DNA of 26,000 nucleotides, from NCBI GenBank assembly GCA_010093995.1, contig ML992501.1, positions 2,607,320 through 2,633,319 of the forward strand, written 5' to 3'. Position numbers and translations under genes: made by a program. Below the pieces are notes generated by a model, which worked only from the letters and a program-made list of their open reading frames with translations, did no database searches and was not told the origin of the DNA. The stretch comes from Elsinoe ampelina (taxonomy: Eukaryota). Below, piece by piece: positions 22,211 through 26,000 of the stretch (the first letter of the stretch is position 1; the number at the start of each line of letters is the position of its first letter).

Positions 22211-22560
22211 AGTATAGATTATTAAAGCTAGAGAACTGTCCTATTATATGTAAGTAAAGTAATTAGCTTATTACTTTATCTCTTTATAATTACTTATAAT
22301 TATTAGTGTTAGCTAATTATTAGTGAGAATTTACTATTAGTTTAGCTTATAATTGCTAGCAATAATAGTAACTATTAACAATAGCTAGGCAGCTATTGTT
22401 TATGTAAATAGACTAGCTTATAAGTCTTAATTAAAGAGATATAAGTATTTAACTAGCCTCTTTATAGTTTCTCCTTCCTTTATTACACTTATAGTAGTAG
22501 CTTCTTCTTTTATATAACACTTTTACCTTCTTACTATACTATATTAATAACACTTATAAT

Positions 22561-23714
22561 ATAAGCGCTATAGTGTAGTAATAGCTAGGTATTAGTAGCA
22601 TTACTACTAGTACTAGTGCTCTAAGTAGTCTACTAGGTAGCGGAGGTAGTAGTAAGAAAAGAAATTCTCTATTAAGGTTACCTAGTACTTCTAATATTAA
22701 TTATAATACTACTATAAGACTAATTACTTATCTTAATACTCTTAGTAAGTAGCTATAAAGTATTAATAGCACAAGCTAACATTAATAGCCTAATTAACTT
22801 AGACTTTAACTTAATAGTTAATCGACATAATCTAGAATACTCTTCTTAGACTTAGAATAATTAGTTATTATAACTATACTAACTTATATCCTATCTAGAG
22901 GTCTATAGTAGTCTAGGCCTTTAGTACCTATAGTATATACCTAGTAGTTACTAACCCTATTCTAGTTAAGGATCTAACTAAGCAAGTTAACCTTACTAGA
23001 TCTACTAACTACTCTACTACTTTAATAGCTTCTAGTGCTACTAGTAGAGTAGTCTACTATAGTACTAATTACTATACTAAGTATTAGAGATCTAACCCTA
23101 GTAATAATTAGAGTAAGGGTAAGGGTAGTAAGTTTAGTAAGTATATTACTTTACCTAGTTAGCTTAATAAGGCCTATACTTGCTATGCTTATAGCAACTA
23201 ATATACTAGATATTCCTTAGCTAACTATACTCTAACTCTAAGGCCTATTAGCTCTCCTAAACCTATAAGGACTCTAAGTAGCTTAAGGGTTATTACCTAG
23301 CCTATTCTATATAGCCTAATATACTTACTAATAGAGCTCTCTAGGTCTATCTCTTTTAGTAGTACTTTGCCTTAGAGGTTCTTACTAAGGGCCTATATAC
23401 TAGAGGTATTATTAGGTATAGTTAATACCTTAATAACTTATACTAACTCTTACTACTTTATAGTAGTCCCTATAAACTTTGTAGATTCTACTAATCTAAC
23501 TACTACTAAGGTTTATAACTTAGCTACTATAGTAATAAACTATATAGTAGAGCTTATAAGAATTATAGCTACTAGCTACCCTAGTTAGCTTTCTCCTATT
23601 TATACCTTTATACTAGGCCTAGTACTAATAAGGTATAGTAGGTCTAGATCTAATACTTCTATAAGGTCTACTAGTAGTAATAAAGGAAGAAGTTCTTCTT
23701 CTATAAAGAAGTAA
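22561..23714 (+). pseudogene. RIP-inactivated, intron-containing antisense cargo gene in the Copia element (DUF3716-like Cys-rich protein, ~370 codons); exons ~22561-22744, 22789-~23714
   Basis: Intact intron GTAAGT (22745) / GCTAAC (22775) / TAG (22788) joins two protein-like frames. De-RIPed core RSANYSAALM..TG...CTKC...GKFGKCVTLPGQLNKACTCCAYSN..TRCSL. Start (ATA from ATG) and stop are inferred. Confidence 0.7.
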
Positions 23715-23959
23715 TTTAAGGTAGAGAATAGGTAGGAGTTATTAAGGGTAATAATAGTACTAAGTAGTAGATATAGCTTAGGTATAAGTAGCTAGTAATA
23801 GAGTTATAATAGCTTTTCCTTTCTCTCTTCTTAATAATAAAGTAATTTACTTTAAGCTTTAGACAAATAAGATAGCTTAATAAGTAGTAGTAGTATAAAT
23901 AATATACTTAAAATAATAATATATATAAAATCTAAATAAGTATATAGTATAGATATATA

Positions 23960-26000
23960 CTAAGTAATTAGCCTTTACTAATTAATTAAGGATCTTATTA
24001 GGAGACTTAGGCTTTATAAGTATATTAGCTAATTACTAAGTTATATTAATATACTTAAGCTTAATTACTCTAAGTTTATACTACTCTCTATAGTAATAAT
24101 TCCTTAGATTAATATACTTAGATCTCCTTAAGTTAGTATAATCTCTTATAAGTTTAATAGCTAATTTATTATTAATAAAGACTATAGTTAGACTAAGGTA
24201 AATATTAGTAAGTAGCCTAAGTTTAATAATAAGATTTCTTAACTAATTAATCTCTCTATAGGTCTTAGTAAGAGTAAGGTATTTAGCCTTAGTACTTAAT
24301 AATATAATAATCTTCTATAGCCTTAACTTCTAAATAACTAGTATACTAAGTATATAAATAATAGTGCTAGATATAGATCTTATAGTTAATCTATCTCTAG
24401 TAAAGTCTAAGTTAGAGTAGGCCTTAATTATATTAACTAATAGTCTATTAGTTTTCTTAAAGGTAAAGCTCTTTATAATAGTTCTATTAATATACCTCTA
24501 GATCTATTTAGCTATAACTATATAAGCTATAGTTAGATTCTAAAGGAACCTAGCTAGGTAATTAGTAGTATAGCTAATATTAGGCCTTATATTATTAGCT
24601 AGATATTATAATTTACTAATAATCCTATTAAATATCTTATAGTACTAAGTATTAACTTAGCTATTAGTTAGTTTATAGAGTTAATTAATAGAATACTTTA
24701 TAGTTCTTACTTAGTAAAGATTATAGCCTTTAAGCTTCTCCTTTAAGTAGTGTAATTACTTAATCTTAATTATGTCTTTAGTTCTATAAAGTTAAATACT
24801 AAGAAAGAGGTTTAAGTTTATAATCTTTATTAGAAACTTAAGATAAAGATCCTTAACTAGCTTATCTATATACTTCTACCTAGTAGTAATAATCCTAAAG
24901 TTATTAATATATATAAGAACTATATAATACTTATTAATAAAGAGATAGATATTACTATAGAATCTAATAAAACTAAGTAATAGAAGTACCTTAACTATAG
25001 CGTTATACTAGAGAGTAGTAGCTTACTTAAGCCTATATAAGCCCTTTATAAGAACAATAAGCTTATTCTATTTACTAGGAATTAGTACGCCTTCTAGGTA
25101 GAAGATATAGTTCTTAATATTAATATCTAGTCTAAGGAATATAGTAACTATATCTACTATTATAATAACCTAGTTATAATAAAGAGTATATATAAGAATT
25201 ACTCTTCTAGTTTTAGCTCTTAGTATTAGTATAAAGGTTCTAATAAAGTTAATACCTACTCTTTAAGTAAAGCTCCTTATAGTCTAATAAGCTTTATATC
25301 TTTTAACTTTGCTATTAGTAAGCCTCTTAGTCTTAAAGACCTATTTATCTATTATTAGTCTAATACCTCTTAGTGCCTATAATTTCTTAATAATTAAAAA
25401 GGTTTTAGAGTTAGTTAGAGCCTTCTACTCTACCTCTATTATAGCTTACTAGTAATAACCTTTAAGAGAGATTAGTATATCTCTTACTATTTATAGGTCT
25501 AGCTTAAAATTAATAGCTATAGATCTAATAATCTTACTATTATTAAGTTTCTTATAATTAATCTAGTAATATATTCTAAGGGACCTTCTAATAGTTTCTT
25601 ATAGTAAGAAAGATCTTTTCCTTTTACTAGTTAAAGGTTATATATTAAATAGTATAATAAGGAAGTTAATATCCTTATTCTATATATATATTAGTAGTTA
25701 ATTAACATTAACTATAGAATTAAAGGTTAAATGTAGTTTACTAATAACTTTAAGTAGTAGTATTATAAAGTCTTTACCTTTATAATTAGTAATATTAAGT
25801 TACTTCCTCTATTTATTAACAGGTTAAGGATCTAGTTTAGAATATTAGTATTACTTCCTCTATTCTTTAATAGGGGTAGATAGTTATTTATATTTAGGAA
25901 TTAAGGGGTAGTTAGGTGTTAGTTATTTAGCCTAAGTAGTTTATAGATTCTTATAACTAAAGAGTAGTTAATTATAATTATAGCTATAAGCTGCCTAATA
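23960..26000 (-). pseudogene. Copia pol remnant (reverse transcriptase and RNase H)
   Basis: RT and RNase H motifs as listed for the element; stops within the motifs read are TAA/TAG, derivable from CAA/CAG/TGG. The left boundary is approximate. Confidence 0.9.

Larger units (their letters stand above)
22059..26000 (-). mobile_element. RIP-degenerated Ty1/Copia LTR retrotransposon (3' part; continues past the window end)
   Basis: LTR and PPT at the left end. De-RIPed minus-strand motifs in Copia order: KWVFKTK...YKARW..RGFTQ (~25345-25265), GLYGLKQA (~25044-25021), YVDD (24911-24900, read as TAT ATT AAT AAC), TRPDI (~24590-24576), KHIDLR (~24119-24102), QLADILTKP (~24036-24010). Strong TpA excess and CpA/TpG loss. 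Confidence 0.93.

Noticed and set aside
23095..23130. TAACCCTA and TAAGGGTAAGGG telomere-like hexamers
   Set aside because: Only one or two units, explained by RIPed codons (NP, KGKG) of the cargo gene.
22250..26000. AT-rich block as organellar insertion, centromeric satellite or CRISPR-like array
   Set aside because: The TpA-biased composition and readable Copia motifs identify RIPed retrotransposon DNA; there is no repeat-spacer periodicity.

Overview
Genomic DNA of a filamentous ascomycete (Pezizomycotina-type short GT-AG introns with CTRAY branch sites). About 1-13.6 kb is a dense block of conserved genes: UDP-glucose 4-epimerase (GAL10-type), a cytochrome P450, DNA polymerase delta subunit 4, scavenger decapping enzyme DcpS, spliceosomal Dim1/Dib1, a UCH-L3/YUH1 deubiquitinase and a Git3/Gpr1 GPCR. 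About 13.8-17.3 kb is a co-oriented minus-strand run of accessory-looking loci: a probable pseudogene, a hypothetical gene with an apparent GT-GG intron, a pseudokinase and a small secreted Cys protein. An AA9 LPMO lies at 20.3-21.4 kb. From 22059 to the window end is a heavily RIP-mutated Ty1/Copia retrotransposon on the minus strand, with a 142-bp 3' LTR, a PPT and RT/RNase H motifs still readable. The most striking signal is a roughly 370-codon, intron-containing gene between pol and the 3' LTR, antisense to the element, whose de-RIPed translation shows a DUF3716-like Cys-rich domain. Gene models were spliced by eye, and de-RIPed translations are inferences.
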